Positions 18,958 through 27,202 of a stretch of 64,000 bases of DNA are shown here, piece by piece. The notes beneath the pieces are model-generated. The model worked only from the letters and a program-made list of their open reading frames with translations, was not told the DNA's origin and searched no databases. Made by a program: the position numbers and the translations under genes. Numbering within the stretch: the first letter of the stretch is position 1; every line of letters starts with the position of its first letter. Origin of the DNA: an uncultured Planctomycetia bacterium (GTDB lineage Bacteria > Omnitrophota > Gorgyraeia > Tantalellales > Tantalellaceae). The stretch is from positions 10,593 through 74,592 of the forward strand of contig CAZGOG010000004.1 in assembly GCA_964527555.1 (NCBI GenBank). Reading direction: 5' to 3'.

Positions 18958-20589
18958 ATGCAGCTAAAACTTGAAAGACTTAAGAATTTTACCCCCAGAA
19001 AGGGGCCGCTTCTTTTAATCATCATGGACGGTGTGGGGATGGGTAAGGAGGATGAGACCAACGGCGTGTACGTTGCCAAGACGCCGTGCCTGGATAAACT
19101 CTTTAAGAGTAAACTTTTCACTACACTCCAGGCTCACGGTACCGCGGTCGGCCTTCCCTCGGATGATGATATGGGGAACAGTGAAGTCGGACACAACGCT
19201 TTAGGTGCCGGAAGAGTGTTCGCGCAAGGAGCGAAACGGGTAAATGTGGCGATAAGAGACGGATCTATCTTTAAAAGCGATGTCTGGAAGAAACTCGTTT
19301 CAAGAGTCAAGGAAAAGGGAAGCACCTTTCACTTGATAGGACTTTTATCGGACGGCAACGTCCACTCTAATATCAAGCAGCTCTTCGACATGGTGAGGCG
19401 CCTTGCGGAAGAAGGAGTGAAGCGCGTGCGAATTCATGCGCTTTTAGACGGACGCGACGTGCCTGAGAAGTCCGCCCTCACTTATATAGACATGACGGAA
19501 GAAGTGCTTGATAAAGTGCGCAAAGATAAAGGTTATGATTACAGGATCGCTTCCGGCGGGGGACGCATGGTCACGACCATGGACAGGTATGAGGCTGACT
19601 GGTCAGTTGTAAAGCGGGGCTGGGATGCCCATGTCCTCGGCAAGGCGAGACAGTTTCCTTCCGCTGGCGCAGCCGTTCAGACATATTATGACGAGGATCC
19701 CGGTATGACGGATCAGTATATGGACTCTTTCGTTGTAGCCGAGGGTGGCGAACCCGTAGGCCGCATATTAGACGGCGATTCTGTTGTCTTTTTTAATTTT
19801 AGAGGCGACCGGGCTATTGAGATATCCCGGGCTTTTGAGGAGAAAGATTTTAAATTCTTTGACCGCGAAAGGTATCCCGATATTCTTTATGCGGGGATGC
19901 TGCAATATGACGAGGATACGCACATACCTAAGTATTATCTTGTTGAGCCGCCTGAGATTGATAAAACAGTGAGTGAATACTTATGCACCGCCGGAGTAAG
20001 GATGTTCGCTATCAGCGAGACGCAGAAGTTCGGGCATGTGACGTATTTCTGGAATGGGAACAAGTCCGGGTACGTTTGCAAGGAGCTTGAAGAATATTAC
20101 GAAATACCGTCGGATAAAGTGCAGTTCGACAAGGCCCCGAAGATGAAAGCGCCTGAGATAACGGAGAAGACCACGGGACTCTTAAAAAGCGGGAAGTTCC
20201 GGTTCGGCAGGCTGAATTTCGCAAACGGGGATATGGTGGGGCATACTGCTGTAGTGCCGGCTATTATAAAGGCTATGGAGACGGTGGACTCCTGCGTCGA
20301 GAAACTTCTTGATGTAGTAAAAGCGCTTGATGGGATAGCAATAGTTACCGCTGATCACGGCAATTCAGAGGAGATGTTCACCTATAAAGAAGGCAAGAAA
20401 GTCGTTCCCAAGACGGCTCACACATTGAATCCGGTACCTTTTATCATATATGACCCCGGGTATGCGGGAGAATACAGTATGGCCGATATTCCCGAAAAAG
20501 GGCTTTCGAATGTGGCTGGGACTATCCTGAATCTTTTGGGGTACGAGAACGTCAAGGACTATGATCCACCCCTTATAACGTTTAATTAA
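18958..20589 (+). CDS. gpmI: 2,3-bisphosphoglycerate-independent phosphoglycerate mutase
   Basis: LIIMDG, MGNSEVGH, SDGNVHS, NFRGDRA, DMVGH, TADHGN. Confidence 0.95.
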   Translation: MQLKLERLKNFTPRKGPLLLIIMDGVGMGKEDETNGVYVAKTPCLDKLFKSKLFTTLQAHGTAVGLPSDDDMGNSEVGHNALGAGRVFAQGAKRVNVAIRDGSIFKSDVWKKLVSRVKEKGSTFHLIGLLSDGNVHSNIKQLFDMVRRLAEEGVKRVRIHALLDGRDVPEKSALTYIDMTEEVLDKVRKDKGYDYRIASGGGRMVTTMDRYEADWSVVKRGWDAHVLGKARQFPSAGAAVQTYYDEDPGMTDQYMDSFVVAEGGEPVGRILDGDSVVFFNFRGDRAIEISRAFEEKDFKFFDRERYPDILYAGMLQYDEDTHIPKYYLVEPPEIDKTVSEYLCTAGVRMFAISETQKFGHVTYFWNGNKSGYVCKELEEYYEIPSDKVQFDKAPKMKAPEITEKTTGLLKSGKFRFGRLNFANGDMVGHTAVVPAIIKAMETVDSCVEKLLDVVKALDGIAIVTADHGNSEEMFTYKEGKKVVPKTAHTLNPVPFIIYDPGYAGEYSMADIPEKGLSNVAGTILNLLGYENVKDYDPPLITFN

Positions 20590-20590
20590 C

Positions 20591-20619
20591 TTGACTATAA
20601 AAGAGACAAGTACTAAAAT
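20591..20619 (+). promoter_or_regulatory. sigma70 promoter for tRNA-Leu
   Basis: TTGACT - 17 bp - TAAAAT. Confidence 0.65.
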
Positions 20620-20644
20620 TATTTTTTCAAAGTCTCGAAACCTT

Positions 20645-20732
20645 GCCGGAGTGGTGGAATTGGCAGACGCGCTGGACTCAAAATCCAGTGGGGTATCCCC
20701 CCATGTGGGTTCGACTCCCACCTCCGGCACCA
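20645..20732 (+). tRNA. tRNA-Leu (CAA)
   Basis: Acceptor GCCGGAG/CTCCGGC-A-CCA, D-loop GGAATTGGCAGAC, anticodon arm CTGGA-CTCAAAA-TCCAG, long variable arm, GGTTCGACT. Confidence 0.97.
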
Positions 20733-20869
20733 TGGTTCGACGCGCAAAAAAGCCTGTTCAAAAACAGGCTTTTTTGCTTGCTCACCATTTGTGCTCAGAG
20801 GAGTCGAACCATGATCCCGAGCAAGCTAAATATTCTGACGATAGGAAGAATATTTAGCGCGCCGAGGGA
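20732..20869. repeat. Inverted pair of palindromic scaffold units (A, B) with variable internal hairpins
   Basis: A: atggTTCGACGCGC-[15-bp perfect hairpin]-TTGCTCAccat; B is the same scaffold inverted with a 12-bp hairpin; same scaffold at 25214-25322. Confidence 0.8.
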
Positions 20870-20901
20870 CAATCTACACAGCTCTCGAACAGCGAAGCAG
20901 A

Positions 20902-20917
20902 CCCACCTCCGGCACCA
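20902..20917 (+). repeat. 16-bp direct repeat of the tRNA-Leu 3' end (att-like)
   Basis: CCCACCTCCGGCACCA identical to 20717-20732. Confidence 0.9.
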
Positions 20918-20941
20918 CTATTAAAATTCGGACCTTTGGCC

Positions 20942-21053
20942 GGCGGTAATAGGTCAACCGCCGCCTTCGGCCCCTTCGGGCTGCTGGTAAACGCAGCCGA
21001 ATTTTTTTGAGAGGGAACCGATGGTTCCCTCTCAACGCCCGCCTTCGGCGGGC
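20942..21053. repeat. Cluster of GC-rich hairpins
   Basis: 13-bp perfect IR 21007-21035, 7-bp IR 21037-21053, 6-bp IRs 20942-20962 and 20979-20998; recurring CCTTCGG. Confidence 0.6.
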
Positions 21054-21134
21054 TGCTCACCCTCCTTTATAGGTAAGACGGGTGTAAACCCATGGGGCTC
21101 CACTTTTTAACAAACACAAAAAACCCGATTTAGG

Positions 21135-21163
21135 TTGACACATATAAAAAAAAGAGGTAACTT
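21135..21163 (+). promoter_or_regulatory. candidate sigma70 promoter for the large subtilase gene
   Basis: TTGACA - 17 bp - TAACTT. Confidence 0.55.
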
Positions 21164-21242
21164 AAATTCAAGAAGTGTTATGACTCCCTAGAAATGGACA
21201 TTTTAAAGGGATGACCCATGAAAAGCAGATATTTCAGATAAT

Positions 21243-21285
21243 AAGGGCAATACGCAACTCTGGATAGTGTATTGTCCTTTTTTTT
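21243..21285 (+). terminator. Intrinsic terminator within the putative 5' leader
   Basis: 13-bp stem AAGGGCAATACGC/GTGTATTGTCCTT (2 GU pairs) running into a T8 tract, 50 nt before the ATG. Confidence 0.7.
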
Positions 21286-21334
21286 ATGAAGAGTTTATAC
21301 GAGGCACAAAATCTATTGAAATAAGGAGAGAAAA

Positions 21335-24300
21335 ATGAGGATTCAAAAAATATACAAGCTATTTTTAGGGATTTCTATAATAAGTCTGTTCGTATTATCT
21401 TTAATGATGCCTGAAGCTGCGGCAGTTGAGACCTACGACGTGATAAGATTTATTGCTCCGGTAGATGGGGATACATGGACTTATACGGGCGACGCGGAAA
21501 TGACTGTGACCGTGGATGGCACAAAGAATATATCGGGAGTGCCGGTGACATGTTACAGTTATAACGGCGGCCAGGCGGGAGGAGAAGAGGACGGCTCGGA
21601 GGAATATCAGATTATTGACCTAGAGGGTATAAACAGTTATGGTGTCGGGGCCCGGGATGATAACGGAGACTGGCTGGAGATGATTTTTGACGCGCCGCTT
21701 TCAATAGCGCCGAGATATGTAGAGTTAGGAGAGACTTATTACGGCAGCACGACTTATACGATATTTACGTATAAAATCCAGATAACTTCCAGTTTTACGG
21801 TTGATGAAGTGGAGGATGTCACTCTTCCCTCCGGAGTTGCCTACAAAGACGCATTAAAAGTTACAATGACACTTCATATGGAGAACTCTCTTCTTGGAAT
21901 AAATGAGACTTCAGGATACGAAAGCTGGAATGTAAGCGGTCTGGGGCCGGTTAAAGTCGTAAATACTATACTTCCGGCGGAACCCGAAGAGTCATACCTT
22001 GAAAGTGCTACAGTGCATCACGATTCCGGATATAAGAAGGCGGAGGTGTTTTCCGCACCTGACGGGGAAGGGTATTTTTATTATCAGTATCGTGATGAGG
22101 ATTATAATGGCCAGGGTTTCGGCAGAGTAAGCAGGAAACAGAGACCGGATACGAGCTATACAACATTCGAGGGCTATTATGAAAGAGCCGGTTCTAACCT
22201 TGACGGGTACCTTGAGAAAAACGGCGGGAAGATAGCTGATGAAGACAGCATCCTTATGCAGGGTTCTCATGCGGTTAAGGTAACCCCTAAACTTAACTCT
22301 TCAGACGTAAGATATGAAATACCGAATTATGCCGATTATGCGGGAGAGACTGTGACTTTTTCATGCTGGGTGCGTTCCTCGGGAGAAAGAGCGGCATGTA
22401 TTGAAATAAGGGACGGTTCGACTATCACCAGATCCGAGAGGCATTCCGGTAGCGGCGGATGGGAGCTTCTTACAATCACGCATACGGTAGCTAATGACCC
22501 GGCATATTTAAGGCTTAGATTTATTCCGGATAAAAGAGACGGGGATGATATCGCTTATTTTGACAATGCGATGTTCGGCAAGCCTTCTCTTCCGGGTAAG
22601 AACCTTCTTTTTAACAACGATTTTGAGTATTGGCATACGGCAGATGCGGACCAGGCGAAATATGTCAAAGAATATAATGAAAACGGTCTTATCGTAAAGT
22701 CCAGTGAGTATTATTCAGACGGTACGCTGTTTCGCCAGACGCTTTTTGATGGTTATTATGACGGTTCCCCTTCGGGGCTCGACGGCTGGGAAGTTGCCAA
22801 CGGGGGCAGCTTGGATGATGAAACTGCCACCGTGAGATCCGAGTCTCATTCCGCAGAAGTGGCAGCGGACCTGGTATCTTCAGACTTAAGATACGAAGTT
22901 TTGCACTACACGGATTATGCAGGCGCAGAAATCACTTTTTCGTGCTGGGTGTATTCCGAGGCGGCAAATTCAGCTCTTATCGAAGTAAGAGACGGCTCAA
23001 GCGTTACAAGATCCGCGTATCATTCGGGTTCCGGCGCCTGGGAGCTTCTCACAGTCACTCATACCGTCTCAGGATCTCCCGATTATCTAAGGTTTAGACT
23101 CATCCCTGATAAAAACGACGGGAATGATCCCGCCTGTTTTGATGATGCGGCATTCGAAAGAAGCGCCGATCCTGGAAACGACCTCTTTTTAAACAGCGGT
23201 TTTGAACACTGGTATGCTCCGGGTGATGATCAAGCCAGATACGTTACCGAGCGTGGGGCGGGCGGCGCTTTTATCAGTAGATGCGAATATTATTCCGACG
23301 GCACGCTTCATAAGCAAACATGCGACGAGGGTGAAGCTGTTTACTCCTGGTATGCGCCCAGCGGCAGGATGCACACTAAAGAGCTGCTTCTTGAGAACGG
23401 TGACCCCGCGGGGACGATATACGAGTATAGCGATGAAGACTGGAACTGCAGTAATTACGGCAGATTGATCAAAAAGACTGGGCCCAGCGGGACATATACG
23501 GTATTTGAAAATTATTTTGATTGCACCCGTTTTGGACTTGATGGATGGGAGATTGGAAACTTTGCTTCTTTCGCGGATGAGACTTCTACGGTGAGAGGAG
23601 GTTCGCATTCTACTAAAGTCAATGCTACGCTCACTTGTTCAGATATGAGATATGAAGGGGCAAACTATATGGATTATGCAGGTGAGGAAATCACTTTTTC
23701 GTGCTGGGTGTATTCCGAGGCGGCAAATTCAGCTCTTATCGAAGTAAGAGACGGCTCAAGCGTTACAAGATCCGCGTATCATTCGGGTTCCGGCGCCTGG
23801 GAGCTTCTCACAGTCACTCATACCGTCTCAGGATCTCCCGATTATCTAAGGTTTAGACTCATCCCTGATAAAAACGATGGGAATGATTCCGCCTATTTTG
23901 ATGATGCGACTTTTGAGCGAAGCGCCGATCCCGGGAATAACCTCCTTTTCAACAGCGGCTTTGAGCATTGGCGCGCTCCGGCGACCGACCAGGCGAGATA
24001 CGTAAAAGAGTATGCAGCGGACGATACTTTGCTTGAAACGTACGAATACTATTCTGACGGTACGCTGTATGAGTATTTGAATTTTGGGCCCAGTTCGCTG
24101 GTTTTAGAGGAGGGATTACAGTTTAATGAGGTAGCTGATCCCCCCTTACCGGAAAGCGTGGAGTATTTCTATGGGAGGATAGACGAGCTTAAAGCTGTTT
24201 CGGATGGACGCGGTGTCACAATTGCAATACTTGATACGGGGTTAGATACAGGCCGCCTTGATATTGATGTCATCGGCGGATTTGATTTTGCAGGGGAAAA

Positions 24301-25033
24301 CTGCTTTGACGGATTTTCCGATAGCGATTATACCGACTTTATAGGGCACGGCACTTTTACAGCCAGTGTCATTAAAGGTGAAGATGCGAGGGGAGTTGCC
24401 CCGGAGGCCGATATTCTTTCGGTTAAGGTGTTTGATAACCAGGGTGGGACGACTTCAGGCATTGTCGCCCGGGCGATCCGTTACGCGGCGGATATGGGCG
24501 CAAAAATCATAGCGATGCCGTTCAGTCTACTTCCGATAAACGGCCAGGTTGAAAGTGCTATTGACTATGCTACCGGCAAAGGCGCTATATTAATAGCTTC
24601 AGCAGGCAACGAGGGAAGTGAAGTAGAGGATACAAGCCTTGCGGCAAATGGTAAAGTTATCACGGTAGGCGCAGCTGATAATAACGGAAAAATGTCGGCG
24701 TGGAGCAATTACGGAAGTGAACTGGACCTTCTGGCGCCCTGGGATGTTGTGACCCTGGAAGAGGGAGGGGCGGGGACTTCTTTCTCGGCGGCCTTTGTAG
24801 CCGGTCTTACGGCGCTCATGCTTTCTGAGAATCCGGATATGACTGAGGAAGACGTGATTGAAGAACTCAAGGCTCTTACATCTGGCTTTGATATGGGAGG
24901 CGCAGAAGAAATCAAAGGCGCCGCTTATAATGACGTCATCTCCATGCAGGAAGCAGAAAGCAAAAACCGCACTGACTTTACCGGGTATTCGCCGGAGATG
25001 GATATTTATGTCGCGCCCGGCGCCGAGCATTAA
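21335..25033 (+). CDS. Large secreted S8 (subtilisin-like) protease with three CBM-like jelly-roll repeats
   Basis: AAGGAG RBS, signal peptide; catalytic triad motifs IAILDTG, GHGT, GTSFS and ASAGN; three ~145-aa repeats (TFSCWV...GSGxWELLTxTHT...FDxA). Confidence 0.85.
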   Translation: MRIQKIYKLFLGISIISLFVLSLMMPEAAAVETYDVIRFIAPVDGDTWTYTGDAEMTVTVDGTKNISGVPVTCYSYNGGQAGGEEDGSEEYQIIDLEGINSYGVGARDDNGDWLEMIFDAPLSIAPRYVELGETYYGSTTYTIFTYKIQITSSFTVDEVEDVTLPSGVAYKDALKVTMTLHMENSLLGINETSGYESWNVSGLGPVKVVNTILPAEPEESYLESATVHHDSGYKKAEVFSAPDGEGYFYYQYRDEDYNGQGFGRVSRKQRPDTSYTTFEGYYERAGSNLDGYLEKNGGKIADEDSILMQGSHAVKVTPKLNSSDVRYEIPNYADYAGETVTFSCWVRSSGERAACIEIRDGSTITRSERHSGSGGWELLTITHTVANDPAYLRLRFIPDKRDGDDIAYFDNAMFGKPSLPGKNLLFNNDFEYWHTADADQAKYVKEYNENGLIVKSSEYYSDGTLFRQTLFDGYYDGSPSGLDGWEVANGGSLDDETATVRSESHSAEVAADLVSSDLRYEVLHYTDYAGAEITFSCWVYSEAANSALIEVRDGSSVTRSAYHSGSGAWELLTVTHTVSGSPDYLRFRLIPDKNDGNDPACFDDAAFERSADPGNDLFLNSGFEHWYAPGDDQARYVTERGAGGAFISRCEYYSDGTLHKQTCDEGEAVYSWYAPSGRMHTKELLLENGDPAGTIYEYSDEDWNCSNYGRLIKKTGPSGTYTVFENYFDCTRFGLDGWEIGNFASFADETSTVRGGSHSTKVNATLTCSDMRYEGANYMDYAGEEITFSCWVYSEAANSALIEVRDGSSVTRSAYHSGSGAWELLTVTHTVSGSPDYLRFRLIPDKNDGNDSAYFDDATFERSADPGNNLLFNSGFEHWRAPATDQARYVKEYAADDTLLETYEYYSDGTLYEYLNFGPSSLVLEEGLQFNEVADPPLPESVEYFYGRIDELKAVSDGRGVTIAILDTGLDTGRLDIDVIGGFDFAGENCFDGFSDSDYTDFIGHGTFTASVIKGEDARGVAPEADILSVKVFDNQGGTTSGIVARAIRYAADMGAKIIAMPFSLLPINGQVESAIDYATGKGAILIASAGNEGSEVEDTSLAANGKVITVGAADNNGKMSAWSNYGSELDLLAPWDVVTLEEGGAGTSFSAAFVAGLTALMLSENPDMTEEDVIEELKALTSGFDMGGAEEIKGAAYNDVISMQEAESKNRTDFTGYSPEMDIYVAPGAEH
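22928..23877 (+). repeat. 191-bp identical intragenic direct repeat (22928-23118 and 23687-23877)
   Basis: Base-by-base identity by eye; offset 759 bp (in frame). Confidence 0.9.
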
Positions 25034-25087
25034 CCCTATCGGTTATTATCTATTCTGAAAAATTCCTGGGGATAAGACCAAAAACTA

Positions 25088-25116
25088 TTGACATCGTTTT
25101 ATGGCGATGTTATATT
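25088..25116 (+). promoter_or_regulatory. sigma70 promoter for tRNA-Ala
   Basis: TTGACA - 17 bp - TATATT. Confidence 0.7.
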
Positions 25117-25138
25117 TGTTTTTCAGCAGACACCAAGT

Positions 25139-25214
25139 GGGGCTGTAGCTCAGCTGGGAGAGCGCGTGCATGGCATGCATGAGGTCAGGGGTTCGATCCC
25201 CCTCAGCTCCACCA
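25139..25214 (+). tRNA. tRNA-Ala (GGC)
   Basis: GGGGCTG/CAGCTCC-A-CCA with G3:U70, anticodon loop ATGGCAT, GGTTCGATCC; 76 nt. Confidence 0.97.
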
Positions 25215-25322
25215 TCCTTCGACGCGCCAAAAAACCTCTTAGGTTATACTGGAAAGGTTTTTTGGCTTGCTCAGGATGTGGTGAGCAAGGCTCTCGACTA
25301 CGCTCAGGCCGCGCCGAACCAC
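25214..25322. repeat. Inverted pair of palindromic scaffold units (C, D)
   Basis: C: atccTTCGACGCGC-[12-bp hairpin]-TTGCTCAggat; D inverted, with nested TCGACTACGCTCAG. Confidence 0.8.
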
Positions 25323-25335
25323 AATAATACCGGCT

Positions 25336-25614
25336 ATGTGGTATGTATATATACTAAAATGTGCAGACAGCACGCTTTACACAGGCGTTAATATCGATAT
25401 TTCCCGACGAGTAAAGCGGCATAACGCGAGAATAGGCGGCACTTATACCCGAACTCGTGTGCCCGTTGCTTTGGCTTACTCTGAAGAATGTCCCAGTTAT
25501 TCGGCAGCTCTTAAACGTGAAGCTCAGATCAAACGTTGGACAAAAAAGAAGAAGCTTGCGTTAATAGCTGGCGATGTCTCTTATCTGCACGAATTGAGCA
25601 AATCCTGCGATTAA
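25336..25614 (+). CDS. Small stand-alone GIY-YIG nuclease (YhbQ/UPF0213-like)
   Basis: WYVYILKCADSTLYTG, RVKRHN, ALKREAQIKRW. Confidence 0.9.
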   Translation: MWYVYILKCADSTLYTGVNIDISRRVKRHNARIGGTYTRTRVPVALAYSEECPSYSAALKREAQIKRWTKKKKLALIAGDVSYLHELSKSCD

Positions 25615-25622
25615 TTTCAAGT

Positions 25623-26273
25623 CTAAGGCAGAAACTCTTCCTCAAGTGCGGAAAGCGCTTCTTGCAGGAAATCCGTCAAAAGCTTCTCCTTTTTATCCAG
25701 ACTCTCTCCGCCCGGTTTTGCAGAAAGCTGAAAAGTGAACGCGGAGTTTCTCCTTTTCACGATAGAGTCAAGTACGTTTATTATCCTGAACTCTAAAAGG
25801 TCAGCTACATATCTTCGGTTTATCCTGTAACTGTAAAACATAAGTATTTTACTGCCGTTTTTTTGCGCAAGTATTTTTTTGAGCGGAACACGAGGGCTTT
25901 TTTCATCGTTTAGGATTATCATTTCATCCCCCAGGCTTTTAAACGACCAGCCGGATCCGACCCAGCATAGCTGAGGAGCGTGGGGAGTTTTGTCTTTTTT
26001 TGTGTATTCAAAATAAGCGAGATACAACTCGACTTTTTCGCCCTCCTTGTTTTTATACTCGCGGATCAGTATATCATCCGCTCCGAGATAAGTCGCCAGG
26101 TAATCTGAGCTGGTTTGTTCTTTGCCCTGCCACTCGCCGAGCTCGAAAGGAAAATATAAAAATGCTTTTCTAAGAGGAACAGGCTTACCCTCCGGAATAA
26201 AATTAATGTACAAAATAGAGGCAATCAGGATCAGCCATGATGCGAGTATGATTATAGTTTTTGAGAGTTTCAT
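25623..26273 (-). CDS. epsI: EpsI-family exosortase-associated protein
   Basis: N-terminal TM, FPxELGEWQG, LGADD, PHAPQLCWVGSGW; adjacent to exosortase. Confidence 0.85.
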   Translation of the reverse strand: MKLSKTIIILASWLILIASILYINFIPEGKPVPLRKAFLYFPFELGEWQGKEQTSSDYLATYLGADDILIREYKNKEGEKVELYLAYFEYTKKDKTPHAPQLCWVGSGWSFKSLGDEMIILNDEKSPRVPLKKILAQKNGSKILMFYSYRINRRYVADLLEFRIINVLDSIVKRRNSAFTFQLSAKPGGESLDKKEKLLTDFLQEALSALEEEFLP

Positions 26274-27082
26274 TAAGTCTTCCTCGATAAAAGGTCGTTT
26301 ATCGTAAAAAGTATTAAAAAGCCTATTATAAGAACCACTATGCCGGTCGTGTCATGGATGGAGGGGAGAATTTCCTGAAGGTTACGCATGTAAGCGATAT
26401 ACGCCGTTGAGACCAGTCTTACCGTATTCATGAGGACCGCTAGGATTATACTCGATATAAAAAGAAGCACTCTATTCTTAATATTTTTCTGAAATATATA
26501 TCCCAGGGCTAATGATATCGCCATGAACACTATAAGACTTCTTAAGCCGCTGCAGGGGGTTGCAACTACCAGTTTGCAGGAAGGGAGGTTTATTATGTTC
26601 CCTTCGCGCATAGCGCTGATACCGAAAAGTTTTATGAAGAAAAAAGCCAGGCGTGTACTGAACAGCCTCAGGTGAAACGTGATCGTTGTGTACACAAGCT
26701 GAGGCAGGGGTATCATAAAAACAAGATACGATATGGAAAAGGCGGTTTTTTTTGCCATTTCCCTGCCTGCCTGGGCGTAGACAAGGCCGAATAACACTAT
26801 CAACATGGAAAAGCATTGCAGGAAGAACTGGTATCCCATCCTTGCTGAGATGTACAGGATCACGCCGGAGAGAATAAACAAGACGCCTGAAGCCGAAGGA
26901 GAAATCCGTGTGTTTTTCAAGCTTTCCCTGTTCCTCCATAGGAAATAGATCGAAAGAATGGGGATAAAGAACCCGTGAGAATAATCCTCAACTGTCATCC
27001 ATTCTGTAACAAGCTCGGGGAATAGAGGCAGATACAACAGGGTAAAGAGGACTATATTTGTGGCAAGCTGGACATAACCCAT
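26273..27082 (-). CDS. Exosortase (EpsH/Xrt family)
   Basis: DYSHGFFIP, IPLP, catalytic PCSGLRS, NTVR, IHD; about 8 TM. Confidence 0.92.
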   Translation of the reverse strand: MGYVQLATNIVLFTLLYLPLFPELVTEWMTVEDYSHGFFIPILSIYFLWRNRESLKNTRISPSASGVLFILSGVILYISARMGYQFFLQCFSMLIVLFGLVYAQAGREMAKKTAFSISYLVFMIPLPQLVYTTITFHLRLFSTRLAFFFIKLFGISAMREGNIINLPSCKLVVATPCSGLRSLIVFMAISLALGYIFQKNIKNRVLLFISSIILAVLMNTVRLVSTAYIAYMRNLQEILPSIHDTTGIVVLIIGFLILFTINDLLSRKT

Positions 27083-27090
27083 TTGGTGTT

Positions 27091-27119
27091 AGTATATACT
27101 TAAGTGCGGGCAAAGGCAA
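27091..27119 (-). promoter_or_regulatory. Promoter for exosortase (leaderless geometry)
   Basis: Minus strand TTGCCT - 17 bp - TATACT, 8 nt before ATG 27082. Confidence 0.6.
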
Positions 27120-27166
27120 ATTCTCCGGTTTTGTGACGCAAACATGGTTTCTGGGTCAGGAAATTT

Positions 27167-27195
27167 TTGATTTTTAATATTTGAAAGAGTATACT
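27167..27195 (+). promoter_or_regulatory. Promoter for TPR gene (leaderless geometry)
   Basis: TTGATT - 17 bp - TATACT, 7 nt before ATG 27203. Confidence 0.6.
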
Positions 27196-27202
27196 CCTTA
27201 TA

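Noticed and set aside
20365-21060. Short ORFs overlapping tRNA-Leu and the palindromes; likewise 25088-25391 over tRNA-Ala
   Set aside because: They translate through tRNA and repeat sequence, with no RBS or protein motifs.
21095-21103. GGGGCTCCAC-like match to the tRNA-Ala end as a second att site
   Set aside because: Only about 7 bp match the tRNA 3' end; expected by chance.
21170-21285. c-di-GMP-I (GEMM) riboswitch
   Set aside because: No GGCAAA...GAAA...GACGCAAA pattern; kept only as an unclassified attenuator candidate.
22928-23877. Repeat pair as a diversity-generating retroelement TR/VR
   Set aside because: Copies are identical with no adenine-specific mismatches, both are coding, and there is no reverse transcriptase.
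20732-25322. Constant-flank/variable-insert units as a CRISPR array
   Set aside because: Only four units, inverted and in two separate places; inserts are self-complementary; no cas genes.
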